Shown here one piece after another: positions 29,546 through 46,773 of a DNA stretch of 64,000 bases. The position numbers and the translations under genes were made by a program. The notes beneath the pieces were generated by a model. That model ran no database searches. It worked only from the letters and a program-made list of their open reading frames with translations, and had not been told where the DNA came from. Source of the DNA: the human T2T-CHM13v2.0 reference genome, Homo sapiens; NCBI RefSeq assembly GCF_009914755.1, contig NC_060932.1. One strand, given 5' to 3'. Each line of letters begins with the position of its first letter. Position 1 is the first letter of the stretch.

Positions 29546-30529
29546 ATTAACTCATGAATCCTTATAAACAATCATGATGTGTTGTTGTGTTCTCATTTTA
29601 CAAATGAGGAAATGACAGCTAGAGAAGTTAAGTACGTGGTGCCAGATCCTGTAATTCAAGAGGCAGAGCTGGGATCTGAGTCGGGCTTCCCTGATGCCCC
29701 TTGGAGAAAGCTAGCTCCTCCTGTGGGTGGCCATGCTGTTGTGCATGGAAGAGGGCCCAGGGCATGAAGCCCTTATACAACAGGGAGGTCTTGATTCTCC
29801 CAGCTTCCCATTTGCCTGGTTTCTTCTCTCCTCCTTTGGGAAATGTTCACCTTCTCTTCCCTCTTGAAACTGGGCCCCACAGGTCCCAAAGAAGACACCC
29901 TATGGCCACCCTCCCTCCAAACCCAGGGGCAGCTCCAGGAAACTGAGAAGTGATCCTACATGTATCTTGCAAAGCAACTGACAGAAATGTCAGGGAAGAA
30001 AGGTGTGGGGGCACAGAGATGGGAATCTGACTTGTCAGAAAGGCCATGGTGATATTGCTTTTAGAAAAATAATCTTTAGGGTGGGAGGAGGTCATTTAGT
30101 CCATCCTTCTGTCTCAGAGCAGAACTGGACTCAACTTGCTTTAGGCAGACAACAGCCTCATCCTATGGGTGGGGGTGGGGGTGGGGATAAATATTTCTTC
30201 ATAGATGGACATTGGAAATTGCAGCTGTATAGGTGAGAATCTGTAAATGCAAAAAAAAAAAATGATGAACATACCCGAAGTAAACTTCAAATAGAAATGC
30301 AACAAAATGAAGTTCATGTTCAAGTAGATTCACTAAAACGGAAAATATCATTCCCATCCACACCTTTACCTCACCCCTTGGTTTTTGCTTGGGTCTGGGC
30401 ATCCATTAGAATAGTAATAGTAGCAACTAACTTAATTAAGGGTGTATAATATGCCAGACATTACCCTAAATACTTTAAAGGACACAATTAATTTTGAAGT
30501 AGGTACAATTATTATTCTATATATTTTAA

Positions 30530-30760
30530 TTAATAACTTTATATTTGGAACTTACTGTGTACCAAGCACCATTCTAGTACTTTTCACATATTAACACATT
30601 TAATCCTCACAGCCATGTTATATGGTGCAGGTAAAACCCCATTTTATGCATGTGAAAACTGAAGCCAAAGGAGATAGAGGTTAAGTAACTTGCCTGGGTC
30701 ACGGAGTTAGTAATTAAGATAAGCAGATTTAAATCCAGTCTATTTCCAGCACCTTCATCC
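30530..30760 (-). mobile_element. MIR
   Basis: ttaatcctcacagc...ccccatttta...gaggttaagtaacttgcc. Confidence 0.75.
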
Positions 30761-31089
30761 TTAGTCTATATAGAACTGTAATGGAGAGTTTCCCATCCAA
30801 AAGCATGCATGGCTGGGGACAGGGTGGGGTCCTTTCTGATGATCCTTGTCTGCTGGCCTGCAGCAGCCTGCTGTAAACTCAAGCGCAGGCAGAAAGAGGT
30901 GGGAGCCTTGTCCCAGCTCTCTCCACCTCCTCCCCAGGCAGGACAGGAACAGTTCTTGCCCAAGGTCCCTCCAGCTACAGGGGAGTTCCCAGCCACGCCT
31001 TGGTCTCCCTGGGCCACTCATATTCACCTTGCACTTTGCGGATTAAAATGAGCTTGATTCACACTCATTATTTCATTTGCTCTTCCCAC

Positions 31090-31900
31090 ACCTCTGTTAC
31101 CAGGCTCCCTTCCTCCATGAAGCTGCCAGAGACTTCCTTCTCTGAACCTCCAACCCGTCAGTGGCTGCCCCAGTACTCTGGGTAGAGACCACACTCCTCC
31201 GAGTGCCTGCAGGACCTATCTAGGTCTGGCCCTCACTGGCCCCCTGCAGCCTTGTCCCTCACTCTCTCCCTACACCTTAACCTGTCTTCCATTCCTATCA
31301 TATCTTCTAGTCCCCAAACACATCATTCGCTTCGTATTCCTGCCTTTCCTCAAGTCATCATTTATGCCTAGAGTACTCTTACCTCAATCTCTTGTCTTTG
31401 CCAGGAAACCTCCTTATCATTTTCTCAATAAATTACAAAGGCAGGCATTTCCTATGTGCCAGGCACCATTCCAACCATTTCATTCCTATTATCTTACTTC
31501 CCACTATGGAATGTACGCTATCATCATCCCCATTTTTCAGCTGAGGAAATGGAGGCATGGAGAAGTTAAATAATGCCCCCAATATTGCACGGCTAGTAAG
31601 CGGCAGGGCCTGGATCCACGCTGACTCTGTGACTCCGGGGCTCCTCGCTCCTGCCGATGAGGCGGTAGTCATTGAGCAGCTGTCTTCTAGCACAATATTC
31701 ACTTCTGAAACGATCTCCCCGACAGCCCCCTACAAAGTTAATGCATTTCTTCCACTCCTTTTCTGTGTACCCTTTGTAGGTCCCTCTATAAGAGCATTGT
31801 GATGAGGCACTCCCTTTCCTAATAAACACTGTTCTTCATGCATGCCCAAGCTTAGCTAGCACAGCCCTAGAACTCAGTGTGTGTCCAATAAATGTTGGCC
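31090..31900. mobile_element. L2 3' fragments (+) interrupted by a MIR (-, ~31430-31650)
   Basis: cagtggctgccc...acactcctc; MIR ccccatttttcagctgaggaaatggaggc; L2 end caataaatgttgg. Confidence 0.6.
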
Positions 31901-32555
31901 GAGTTAATTTTTCAAGTGAAAATGCAAGGTCAGGTAGATCGCCTGGGTGCTGCTGGGTGCCCAAGTGTGAGCTTAGCCCCAGGTTCCTTAGTCTCCTTCG
32001 TGTGCTTTGTCCTTCTGTGCCTCTCCGCCTCACCCTTCCCAGACCTCTGTGCAGGCATGCACATTGGAGAAACAAAACCGAATTTAAACAGTTCTTGACT
32101 CAGAGGCATAGGAAGTGGCCATGATAACTTTAAAAATTCTCAAACAGCCCTTTTCAAAGGTGTCTTTCTTTATTCATCTGTCACCAGTCTAATGACAGAC
32201 ACCTGCACTTCTATTTTATTAAAAGTTTTTTCCCTAGAGTATTCTTCCCTATAAAAATGCAAGTACTCTAACGGGAAGTAACATGGTAAGCTTTTCTAAA
32301 TTTGCCATAGCTTGGTGTAAATTAGTTTATTCACCCTTCTCAGCAGGAAGGTTCGCTGACTGCTGGGATTTAACAGACTGCAGGAAGAAACAAAGGGTCC
32401 GGAGCAAGGACACAGAACAGCAGCCCCAAGTCGAGAGCCCCGGACAGGGCAAGGGCAGAAGTGTCTCCTCAGAAGAAGGTGCACCTGGAAGACGAAAGGC
32501 AGGGTTTGGCTTGGGAAGCAGCAACTAAAGCAAGGTGGGGAGAAGTCTCCAGAGG

Positions 32556-32886
<331 letters not shown>

Positions 32887-33017
32887 TTAAAAGAGATTAG
32901 TGGATTGATAAAATCACCAGCTCCAGACAGCTATCTGAAGTAGCTGGAATTTCACAAGGCAAATAATTTACCACAGAGACATAGACAATTATAGACAAAT
33001 ACAATTTTCCACTTCAG

Positions 33018-33154
33018 GGTTGGGCATGGTGGCTGTTTCCTGTAATCCCAGCACTTTGGGAGGCTAAGGCAAGAAGATCACTTGAGGCCAGGAGTTCAAG
33101 ATCAGCCTGGGCAAGACAGTAAGACCCCTGTCTCTACAATAATAATAATAATAA
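33018..33154 (+). mobile_element. FLAM_C-like Alu monomer with an (AAT)n tail
   Basis: Left arm only; approximate TSD AATT(T/G)T(C/T)CACTT. Confidence 0.88.
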
Positions 33155-33593
33155 TTGTTCACTTAACTCTGGCTTCCATTTCCCCTACAAATGGAGACAC
33201 ATTGGTCCATTTTGCCAGCATCTTTCCAAGACCCCTTCTGTTTCTCCATCCCCTGTACCCCTCATCTTCTGCCTTCCTGGCATCACAACACGCTATTTGG
33301 ACTCTACACCTTGGTTCCTTCTCCAGAACCCTGGCTCTTGGATTTGTTACTACAGTTTCAGTTCCCCACTCCTCAAGGACACTATTCTGAGCCTCTTTTC
33401 TCCAGCTTGACACATCGTAACTTTAAAATGTCACTCATCCTTGTGAGATTTTCTCAAACCAGGCTGGCTGTCCTCCCACTGTTCACCCCTGAGCATAAGG
33501 AGTACCATATATTAATAAATAATGGCTACTAATCCTTATGTGGACTTGACTACCCCTCTTAAACAGAAAGCCATTAGTTAGGTGTGCAATATG

Positions 33594-33607
33594 GTACCAC
33601 CTGGTGG
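33594..33607 (-). promoter_or_regulatory. Candidate CTCF site
   Basis: Minus strand CCACCAGGTGGTAC matches the consensus at 13/14 positions. Confidence 0.4.
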
Positions 33608-33749
33608 TTTAGAGCAACTCTAAGGTGCTTTCAAACCAGGGTCCCCTCACTACATAATATTCAGCAATTTTATATTGAATATGGTTGAATATGGGATCTG
33701 GAAATCGATTGTAATGATTCCATTTTCACATACACACACACGGATGCTT

Positions 33750-33750
<1 letters not shown>

Positions 33751-33790
<40 letters not shown>
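33751..33790 (+). repeat. (CA)20 microsatellite
   Basis: Seen directly. Confidence 0.97.
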
Positions 33791-33792
<2 letters not shown>

Positions 33793-34155
33793 CATTTCAG
33801 GTTTCCCATGGCAATCTCCAAGATAACGTGTTCTTAAACATGTGCAGGCCTCCATATGGGAGCATTTTCTGCTTCTGAGTTAGCTTTTGAGAGAGGTGTA
33901 GAGAGAGGTGCCCATAGAAAGTCAAGGGTTGGCAGCTGCCGGTAGGGAGGTAGCCAGCTGCTTGTGCTCCCTCTCCTAGTGCCCTGTGAGGTGAATGAAG
34001 CTCATGCTGCTCCTCTCAGTCCTGTGAAAGCAGATAATTCTGGAACAAGTGAATAAAACTGTTCTGCTTGACTTCCTTCCGGGGGGCGCTGGAGCCTGAC
34101 CTTAGCTTGGCCATTGTCACTGAGGATGTGAAAGCCACAGGAAGCACCTCTAAAG

Positions 34156-34334
34156 CAGCAGTTCTCAGCTTTGGCTATACATTAGAATTACCAGGGGCAT
34201 ATGTTAAAAGTTCCGTCTCCCAGACGGCACTCTAAACCATTTAAATCAAAATATTTGGGGGTGGAACCCAGGAATCGGTATTTTTGAAAACCATCCAGAT
34301 GATGCCAATATGTGACCAAACATGAGACCCACTG
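34156..34334 (+). mobile_element. MER5B-like hAT MITE with 8-bp TSD
   Basis: TIRs cagcagttctca / tgagacccactg; TSD CTCTAA(A/G)G at 34148 and 34335. Confidence 0.85.
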
Positions 34335-34589
34335 CTCTAAGGAAAGCTGTGGTTCAAGTGATCACCATCACCACTAACATCATCATCATTTCCACCCTCA
34401 TTTATCTAACTCCTTGACCCATGTGTTCCCAAAGTGACATATTTTGACATAGTAAAATAATCATTTGGCTGAGAATAGAGTGAGAGGGTATTTTTTTGTT
34501 TTGTTTTCTTGGGCTGTTTTGTTTTTTTTTTTTTTTTAGATTTCATCACTAACTAGCTTTGTCATCTTAACTAATACCACAATTACTAA

Positions 34590-34850
34590 TATTACTGATG
34601 ATTATTATGATAACAGCTGTATTTATTTCACCCTTACTATGTGCCAGACACTGTGCTAAGAGCTTTATATGCATTGTTTCACTTAATCCTCATCCAGTAA
34701 AGTAAGCATTAGTTTACAGAAGAAACTGAGATACAGAGAGGTAAAGTCAATTGTTCAAGATCACAGAATAAGTAACAGAGCTGAGATTTAAACTCAAGCT
34801 GTCAGACGTGGAAGCCCATGTTCTTAATCACTCTTCAATACCACCTCCTT
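34590..34850 (-). mobile_element. MIR
   Basis: cttactatgtgccagacactgtgctaag...gaaactgagatacagagagg. Confidence 0.8.
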
Positions 34851-36109
34851 CAATAACTTGCCCCCAGTGACAGAACTGGGGAAGCAGAGAATACGAGATT
34901 CCTATCCAAGTCTGCCCAACCTCAAAGCTCACTCTTTAACTAGTATGCTATACTGCCATGCCATCAACACAAAAGGTATGTCAGGTTAACATCTCTCCCA
35001 CTGATCTATTCACTTTTCCAAAACATATATGGATGACAAGGAAAGAATCTTTATGGCTAGAGGGACCCCAAACAACCTAATCCAGTGAAAAGGGTATCTG
35101 CATTGGGACGAGCGAGTGCTCCATTTAAATGTTCAAGGGATCTCCATGTGTAGGAAGAAAAACACAATTCATAGGTAAGATTTAAGACCAGAAACTGCAG
35201 GTTTGCAGGCTGGTAAATTTTTCTTGCACTATGTTCCATATGGCAATAGCAAATGGGGTTTCTAATTTATTTCATTTCTTTAGAGACCATAAAAGGTATA
35301 CATTTGCAAAAATCAGTATGTGTTTCCTTTTCTGCCATTTCACATGATAGATAAACACAACCCCCAGACCTACAATAGAAATTACATTGTCCTTTCAGAT
35401 TGCTCCAGAAATATGTATATAGCAATGTCTAAACTCATCAGGGAGTTTAATTTCAAAGTGTTCTGATGTCCTAGGCCAGAATCTCATGGGAATTCACTTT
35501 CAGACATTCCTGGGAAGCTTCGAGGACATCCAAGGAAAGGTCTGAAATTGATTAGAGCAATATATTCCAGGAGAAATGTTTTGCACGACCGTTCTGGAGG
35601 AGACTGTCATCACACTCAGATGAGACATGCAAGCCCACAGTAACTCACACCTGACAATAGGACCTGGTAAGCAGGCTGGGCCAGAGGCCCTTGGTCATCC
35701 CAGTGCTATGTGGCCAAGTGGTGGGTGTCTCTCCCTTGCAACCAGGTGAAGAAAGCATCTTCAAAGACTATATGTCCATGGAAATTCCGCTATAGACTTG
35801 CTCTAAGTAGGTAAGAGAGAAAGGAGGAGTCTTCGGAGCAGGTCCTCTGAGGTTTATCCACTCAGGGCCTGGACCATATCAATCACTTATAATATGAAAA
35901 GTGTGATAGATGGAGCAAGAGAGGGAAAAAAGAGAGGAGGGGGGATGCATAAGAGAAAAAGAGCTAGAGAGAGTAAGAGATGCTTGTTTTCCTGAGATAC
36001 TTCACTTCCACTACTTCAACTAGGTAGAAAAGTTGGTAAAGTAAGGAAAAATAAATGTTCAAGCTGTGTTCCATTAAAGCTAAGAATTGAACTAGGGCTC
36101 CATTATTTA

Positions 36110-36555
36110 TTAATGCATAATTTACACATTCACTCAACACTGAGTCCCTAGTTTGGAAGTGTTGGAGGTACAGTTGTAAACAAAAGACCCCATCCTATGA
36201 AGTTTACAGTCTAATGAGGGGGATAGAAAATCAACAAAGTAACCAACCAAAAAGACATAAAATTCAATGTCAAGTGGTGGTAGGTATCATAAGTTAAAAC
36301 AAACAAACAACGGAGTAAAAGGTTGAAAGTGCTAGAAGCCAGCAGGACATGCATTCTGAGGACATGAAATTTGGAAAGTCTTGAACCAAATGAGTGAGTG
36401 AGCCATACTCTGGAAGAAAGAGCAATTTAGGCAGAGGGAACCATGAGTCCCACCAAGGGTCTTGAGGTGGGAATGTGCTTGGCTTGTTGAGGAACAGCAA
36501 GAAATATGAAAGCAAATCTCTCCAATCAGGAACTGACAGAACCATGTCACCTGGA
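36110..36555 (-). mobile_element. L2 3' region
   Basis: cattcactcaaca...agtttacagtcta...ggcagagggaacca...tgaggaacagcaag. Confidence 0.75.
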
Positions 36556-36675
36556 TATAACATCTAGCCCCACTTACAACTTTTTCTATCATCAGTATCA
36601 TATTGCTACTTTGTCCACGGATTACATAATGATGACTCAGTCTCACAAAACATGATTGACTTGCAACTAGGTAGC

Positions 36676-37075
36676 TGCTGTTGTCTGAGTGTTGTCCCCC
36701 AAAAGTTCATGGTTGGAAACTTAATTGTCATTGTAACTATATTAAGAGGTAGAGCTTTTAAGAGGTGGTTAGGCCATGAGGGCTCTGTCCTGGTGAAGGG
36801 ATTAATGCCATTACTGCAGACGTGGGTTAGTTATCACAGGAGTAGGTTCTTGATAGAAAGGAGAGTTTGGCCCAGTTGCCTCCCTCTGCCTTGTGTGCTC
36901 ATCTGCCTTTCTGCTTTCTTCCATAGGAAGAACCTCACCAAATGGCTGCGTAGATTCCAGTACCATGCCCTTGGACTTCCCAGCTTCCAGAGCCATGAGC
37001 CAAATACATTTTTATTGTTTATAAATTACCCAATCTGTGATATTCTGTTATAACTGCAGAAAACAGACTAAGACA
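36676..37075 (+). mobile_element. MSTB-type MaLR solo LTR
   Basis: tgct...tgtcccccaaaagttcat...ggccatgagggctctg...ataaattaccca...agactaagaca. Confidence 0.85.
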
Positions 37076-37731
37076 GTGGTGATGATCAGCCTGTGGATGT
37101 GCACAACCAGAGTGTGCTATTTTAACCCCACAGATATACTTTTTATTTATTTGCCATATATATGTTTATCCAGTGTACAAAATTCATATGCTATATACAA
37201 CATGTAATAATGTTGGGTCCACATTTTAAAAGTATAAGGATTACTTTATTTTTAATGCAAGGTTAAAGTGCTTACTGAGATGATAATTCAAGTTTATGCA
37301 TTTCGATAATACAAAAGTATTCTTTTTTAATTCTCAAAGACAAAGCACTAAGGATCAAATACAAACAACATTTGCAAGACAGCCAACAGCAGCCATCAGG
37401 CATACACAGGCCACCTCTCACAAGAGAACTTAAAGATTACAAAATCAATTGAGGGAAAGATCTACAATCACAGCCCCCTAGTCACCATAGTTTTGTAGCA
37501 CTGACCTTACATAGCACTATCCTGCATATATTTTGTGTATTTTCCATGAACTCAGTGGCAATGCTGCTGATGGGCTACTCAAGAAAACCCAACAACAGAA
37601 AGTAAATGCTAAGGAATACTAAGAAATAAGATTTCCAGCTTTGGGGGGGTCACAAATTATGGATTTTTTGTTCCCCAGGAGCCAATTTTCACCCACTGGC
37701 GGAAGCCATATTACCCTGCTAAGAATGCATG
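37076..37731 (-). mobile_element. hAT-Charlie relic (Charlie7/MER119-like), probably interrupted by the MSTB LTR
   Basis: The terminus reads CATGCATTCT...GTGAAAATTGG on the minus strand. Confidence 0.4.
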
Positions 37732-37806
37732 TCCTAAACTGTGAGCTCCTCAATCTTAAGGTCTATTATGACCTTCATCTTTGTATTCCATCCTTAGCAT
37801 AGTGAA

Positions 37807-40538
<2,732 letters not shown>

Positions 40539-40789
40539 GTGAATTGTACAGTTTATTATCATTAAATGTTTGATAAGTGAGAAAATGAGAGAGGGAGGTA
40601 ATGAATGAGTAAATTAATGAAACAATAAACATTAATCTGCGAGACAATTGTACACTGGAGTACTCGGCAAAGGAATTACGAATAAAAAGAAGAAGAGAGA
40701 GAGAGAGGCTTCTTGGTAAGAAAAACAAAGAAAATCAGGGTATGGAGTGGATTTCAGACAGAGTGAAAAAAGAACTCTGGCCTGAGGAT

Positions 40790-41030
40790 AAGAAAGTTTT
40801 GTGTGGGGGAGAAAGCATAGCATGATAGGAAAAGTAAGACATCTCATATTGGAAATTCTTTGTTTCATTTCCAGCTCTATCACTGACTGGTTTATGATTT
40901 TCAGCAATTCACATAGCCTCCCATCTTCTAACCTGTAAAATAGGGATAATAATACCAATTTAATGTGGATAATATTAGAAACAAGTAAGATATGCCAAAA
41001 AACTCTGTAAAGTATAAATCATAGTAGTAA
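40790..41030 (+). mobile_element. MIR
   Basis: ccagctctatcactgact...ctgtaaaatagggataataata. Confidence 0.65.
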
Positions 41031-41049
41031 TGTAATCGTTGGGCCTTAA

Positions 41050-42990
41050 GTGTGAAGAGATAAGGTGGGGCCACAACATGAAAAGTCTCAAATGCCACGT
41101 GGAGGTGTGGAACTGATGCAGTGAGCATCAGTACTGTTCAAGGTCATTGGAAAGTCACAGGAGAATAATGTTCATTGAGTGGCTACTATGCTCTCAGCAA
41201 ATATCTCTCACACCTACCTCATTTAAACCTCATGACCAATCTATAAAGTAAATCTTAATATTCTCATTTCATGGATTGAGCACTGAGACACAGGAAGCTT
41301 GAAGCTGACAGCATTTGTTGATGGATCGGTTAAGGGATGCCAGGAAAAGGAAGACAGTGAGGATGAGTCTTAGTTTCTGGCTTCATCACCAGGTGAATAG
41401 TGGTGCTACTTACTGAAATCAGGAACAGTTGGCAGGAGAGGTGGATGGCAGGAATAAAGAGCTTTGTGGTGGGCATGCGACATTGGAGATGGCTTGGAGA
41501 CATGCAAATGAAGAAGCAGAGTAGGAAGTTGGCATTTTGAAGGTGGAGCTCAAAAGAGAAATTAAGGTTGGAGCTACAATTTGGGAAATCATCAGTATAT
41601 ACATACTGTCATTTTAAAAATATATATATTACTGAGACCACCTGGGGACTTATGGATGGACAGGAAAAGAGAAACAAGGCTGGCAGAATGCCACACTTAG
41701 AGGTTAAGATGAAAGAAGTAATGGAAGAATGCAGTGTCCTGGGAGCCAAGAGAGTCCAGCGTTTCGAGCTGACTGAAAGGTAGAAGGTGACAATTGAGAA
41801 TTAACATCTGTGGCAGCAGAGAGGTGATGAGCAACCTTGTCAAGAGGCGTTTCAGAAGAGTAATGGGTTACCCTAATTAGGGAGGATCCAGAAAAGAGTG
41901 GGAAATGAGCAAGTAGGAAAAGGAGTATACAAATTCATTTGAAACATTTTGCTATGGAGGGAAACGATGTATGAGCCTGTATTTGGAGAAGGAGTTTGGG
42001 TCAAGGGAGAAATCTTAAAATATGGAAGATTTTACAGAATGTTGACATGCAGAAGAGAATACTGGAGGTGAGAAAGGGAAAACAGCAGCAGTAAAGTTCT
42101 TGAGTAGATGAGAAGTGGTAGGATCTACTCCACAAGACAGGGAAGTTCACTTTGGATGAGAGACCAAAATAAAAAACCGATTTGTCTTTTATAACAGGAG
42201 GAAAGGCAGGGCAAGTGGGTAGATACAGAGACAGGTTGTTGTTCTGGTGGCAGAATGATGAAATAGTTCTTTTCGGACAGCTCTGCTTTCCTGGTGATAA
42301 GAGAACAGAGGTCCTCCTCGAGAGTGAGGAGGGGACAGCGTAGGATAGTTGTGTAGGGAGAGAAAAGAAAGTGTAACATAGTTGTTCTGTGGAAGGAAGA
42401 GTGAATTGAGCAGAGAAAGGTGGTAAGAGCACTGGGTGGTGCAGAGAGCCCACTTGAGATGCATGATCATAAATTTAAACAAGGAAAAATCAACGTGATG
42501 TGTGTTTTCCCCTAGCTGAGTTAGCTGCTTGAGGGCAGGCACAGAGTAATCAGAGAGCTTGGTTGAATTTGAATTGGGAGTTTTCCAGGTGAGTATGGTG
42601 GAGGAAAAGAGAGCTCTGGGAGTTGAGGGTATAAGTAATAGATTGGGGGTGTAGTAATAGGCTACCATGATGGACTACAGAATCCATGCTGGGTAGAGAG
42701 GGAAATGAGGTGGTTGGGGCAGAAGAGATGGTGGGAAACGACAGTGAAAAGGGTGTTAAAAGATGGAATTTTGGGGGTGGAAATACTAAACAAAGGAATG
42801 TGGGGTGCTGGAAATCGTGATTTAGGAGGTGGTGCAGTTATTGGTAATGTCAAGATTCAGGGTTAGACTCTTGGAGTAGAGAACTAACAGATAGCAGGAG
42901 AGGTCATTGGAAGTGGCAGGTCATGGGACTGAGGCAAGTGTTAAGGGGATTATCTCTCTATGTGGATGCGGAAGCCACCAAATGTGATGA
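41050..42990 (-). mobile_element. Long L2 fragment including the RT region, with a MIR nested at ~41165-41300
   Basis: Purine-rich + strand typical of antisense L2; degenerate RT motif YTDD on minus at 41588-41599. Confidence 0.75.
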
Positions 42991-43667
42991 CAAGAGTAGA
43001 CTCAGAAAGCCCAGCTTCAGAGATGTCCTGAACCATCTTTGGCTCCCTGAGGTCTGCTCATGCCAATGTTTTATGATTCTCATGATATTCAGTCTTCTTT
43101 ATTACAGGAGTACCCATTTCTGGAGCTACAGTGACAGGATTTCAGTTCCTAGTAACCAAAAAGCCATTGTCCGAGCTCACCAGGAGTTCCTCCTGTTTTC
43201 CATTCACAAATCAGATTTCTACTTTATTTCCCCTTGAATTATGCTGAGAGAACCTGAGGGCTAGCATGAGAGGTGAGATTAGGTTGGGTCCTAGGGATGG
43301 ACGAGAAGAGGAGAGGAGGCAGAATACTCTCTCCTTAGTTTATTTTTGACAGTAGACTGGTCAGGTAGCTCTAGAATTGTCCTGAACTCTGTCATTGCAA
43401 GACACACGACATCTTCTTCACTACAAACTCTCGCCAGGGTGAGTACAAACCATGGTCTACACGTGCAGGTGGGCCATATTGTGTTTTGCAAATTCTGCTT
43501 TTCAAACTTTGATATGTCCTACGTTTCTAAACACCATCTGTTTGCAGAGGAACTACAGAAGATTCCAGTTAGACCATGCGCTTAACAGGATGCTCTGTAC
43601 TGTGGGACAAGATTTTTGATGAATTAAAATTCAATTGAATCACCTGAAAGATTTATTTTCAAAAAAA

Positions 43668-43717
43668 GGAAGGAGAAGAAAGAAAGAAAGGAAGAAGGAA
43701 AGAAAGAAAGAAAGAAA
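43668..43717 (+). repeat. (GAAA)n/GA-rich repeat
   Basis: Seen directly. Confidence 0.9.
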
Positions 43718-44546
43718 TGAAAAAATACACACAACAACATTATTTGACAAATTCTGCTTCACTGAAACCCACACACGTCAGTGAAAGTGGTCTGAAATTT
43801 TTAACAACTGCTAAGTTTGGGCTGCTTTTAATAGAACGTAACCTGCAGTGAGGCACAGCTGTAGCTGTCCTTCCAAAATGAAAAGAAATCATTTTCAGAA
43901 ATGAGCCCCTGAAATGGTCATTTAATCTGTGGTAGGTGTGCCCCACAGGCTAGAATGTCATCAGAATGCTGGTCTTTTCCCTGCTTCTCTGCAGGAAAAC
44001 AATGTAACAGAAAAGGATTTATCAGGTGCATTATCACTAATGTTCTCTGAATGCTTAAGTGTTTCTGTGGATTGGCCCAGATAGCTTGAAAAAAGCTGCT
44101 GGCTAATAATGAGGACACATGGAACAGATGAACAAGTGTAGCACATCACAGTAAAGTAACAAAGTTCTAAAGGATGGAGATGCCCCCACCCCCATCTCAC
44201 CCCATCGTGATCATCAAAAAGTACTTGGCTTGTGGAATTCTTGCGTCCCTGCCCAGTGATAGCACTGGCATTTAGAAGCAGTATCAGAACACTGAGTCTC
44301 CTGTGACTTTGTCTGCCTTTCCCTCACCAAGGAGACATAAGTGGATTATGGGCATGAGCCAGAAAAACCTGCCCACAGTTTTTCCATGTCCTGGGAGAAG
44401 CCATGCTGTAACCTATAACTTTAGGAGCCAAAGCAGCACCAGCCCTAGCCTATGTGGAAACTGGCATTTTTGTTTGTTTGTTTGTTTGGTAACTTATTTT
44501 CAGGATGTATGTTTAATGTCACACTATATAAAAATATATACATTCA

Positions 44547-44951
<405 letters not shown>

Positions 44952-45169
44952 TCAGTTTTATAGCGTAAGTTTTTTATTCTTCCAGTGCTTGGCAAATGTT
45001 TAAACTATTAGGTGGTGAGACTATCTATGGATGAGGGGAGAAAAGCAGAAAAACTAACCTTATGGTAGATGAGAAACAGAAATATGAAATAGAAGCTTAT
45101 ATCTGTAATTATTGGAAAAGAGCTAACACTTGGTGATAGGTGTCTTAAATTTAAACTGTGTTTTATTCA

Positions 45170-45703
<534 letters not shown>

Positions 45704-45759
45704 TAGCATATGACTCAAACACAAATTGCATCTTGGAAGAATGTTTGCTGAAAGGAAAT

Positions 45760-45985
45760 GTGTGTGCCTACAATGTGCCAGGCCTGTGTATGATCTCATG
45801 TAATCCTTGAAACAGCTCTCTGAGGTAAACGTCATTACTCTCAGTTGACAGAAGGAAAGCAGACTCAGAGAGGGTCAGTAGCTTGCTCAAGGCCACACGC
45901 AGCTGTTAATTGTTAGAGCACAATCTGGAAGAGCAAGTCTTGACTTCGCAGCCCCAGATCTTTCTTCGGCGCCATGCTGCCTCCT
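45760..45985 (-). mobile_element. MIR
   Basis: aatgtgccaggc...taatcc...gactcagagagg...cttgctcaaggccacac. Confidence 0.7.
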
Positions 45986-46773
45986 GTCTGATTGCATATC
46001 AGTGGCTTCACCACTATGCAGCTTAACTCAAGCCTTGATTAGGGCACGTCACCAGTGTTTGCTTGTTTTTGTAACTGAACATGAATTCCATGAGCCATAC
46101 CTTTAAAGGAAAACACAATACTCTGAGCCAGGCATGCTGGTATCTTCTTTATCTTTGTATCCTTAGCATCCGGTAAAGGTTTGGCGCATCGTAGGCCATA
46201 ATGTACATAGTAAAAACTGAATAAATCATCAAGCAATTTGACTGTGAGTCTAATCTACACAGAAACCAAGTCCTTGTTATGAACTGTGTTAAGGAACTTT
46301 ACATATATTATTCAATACCTCTGTGAGCCTCACCATAAAAACAATTTCTTAGTGATTCATTTTTCATTCCTCCAACAATGTATTGTTACGTACCCATGAC
46401 TGCAAGGGAGGAGACTTTCTTTTGGGAACAGAACTCTGTGAAGATTTGGCACAGAAGAGTTCTAGAAAGAGAATCTCCAAGCATGACTGGGTCTGATGAT
46501 GAAGACCTGTCTACCCCTCCTTCCCCATCTCCCCAGCTTCCTGCTTCCTACTGTGCCATCCCAAGGACCTGTAGTCTTCCACCCCTGGCCACAGCACCCA
46601 TTTTCCTATTGCCCACCTCTTTGCCTTTGCTCATGTCTACTTTGCCCAGACTTCTTTCCCCTGCTCCCCTCTCTGCCTACCCACTTCCAGCTCTCATTCA
46701 TACCTTATGACTCTGTTAAGATGCCAGGTTTTTTTTGGAGTCCTTCTGGGATTTCTTTCCAGGCTGGCAGATA

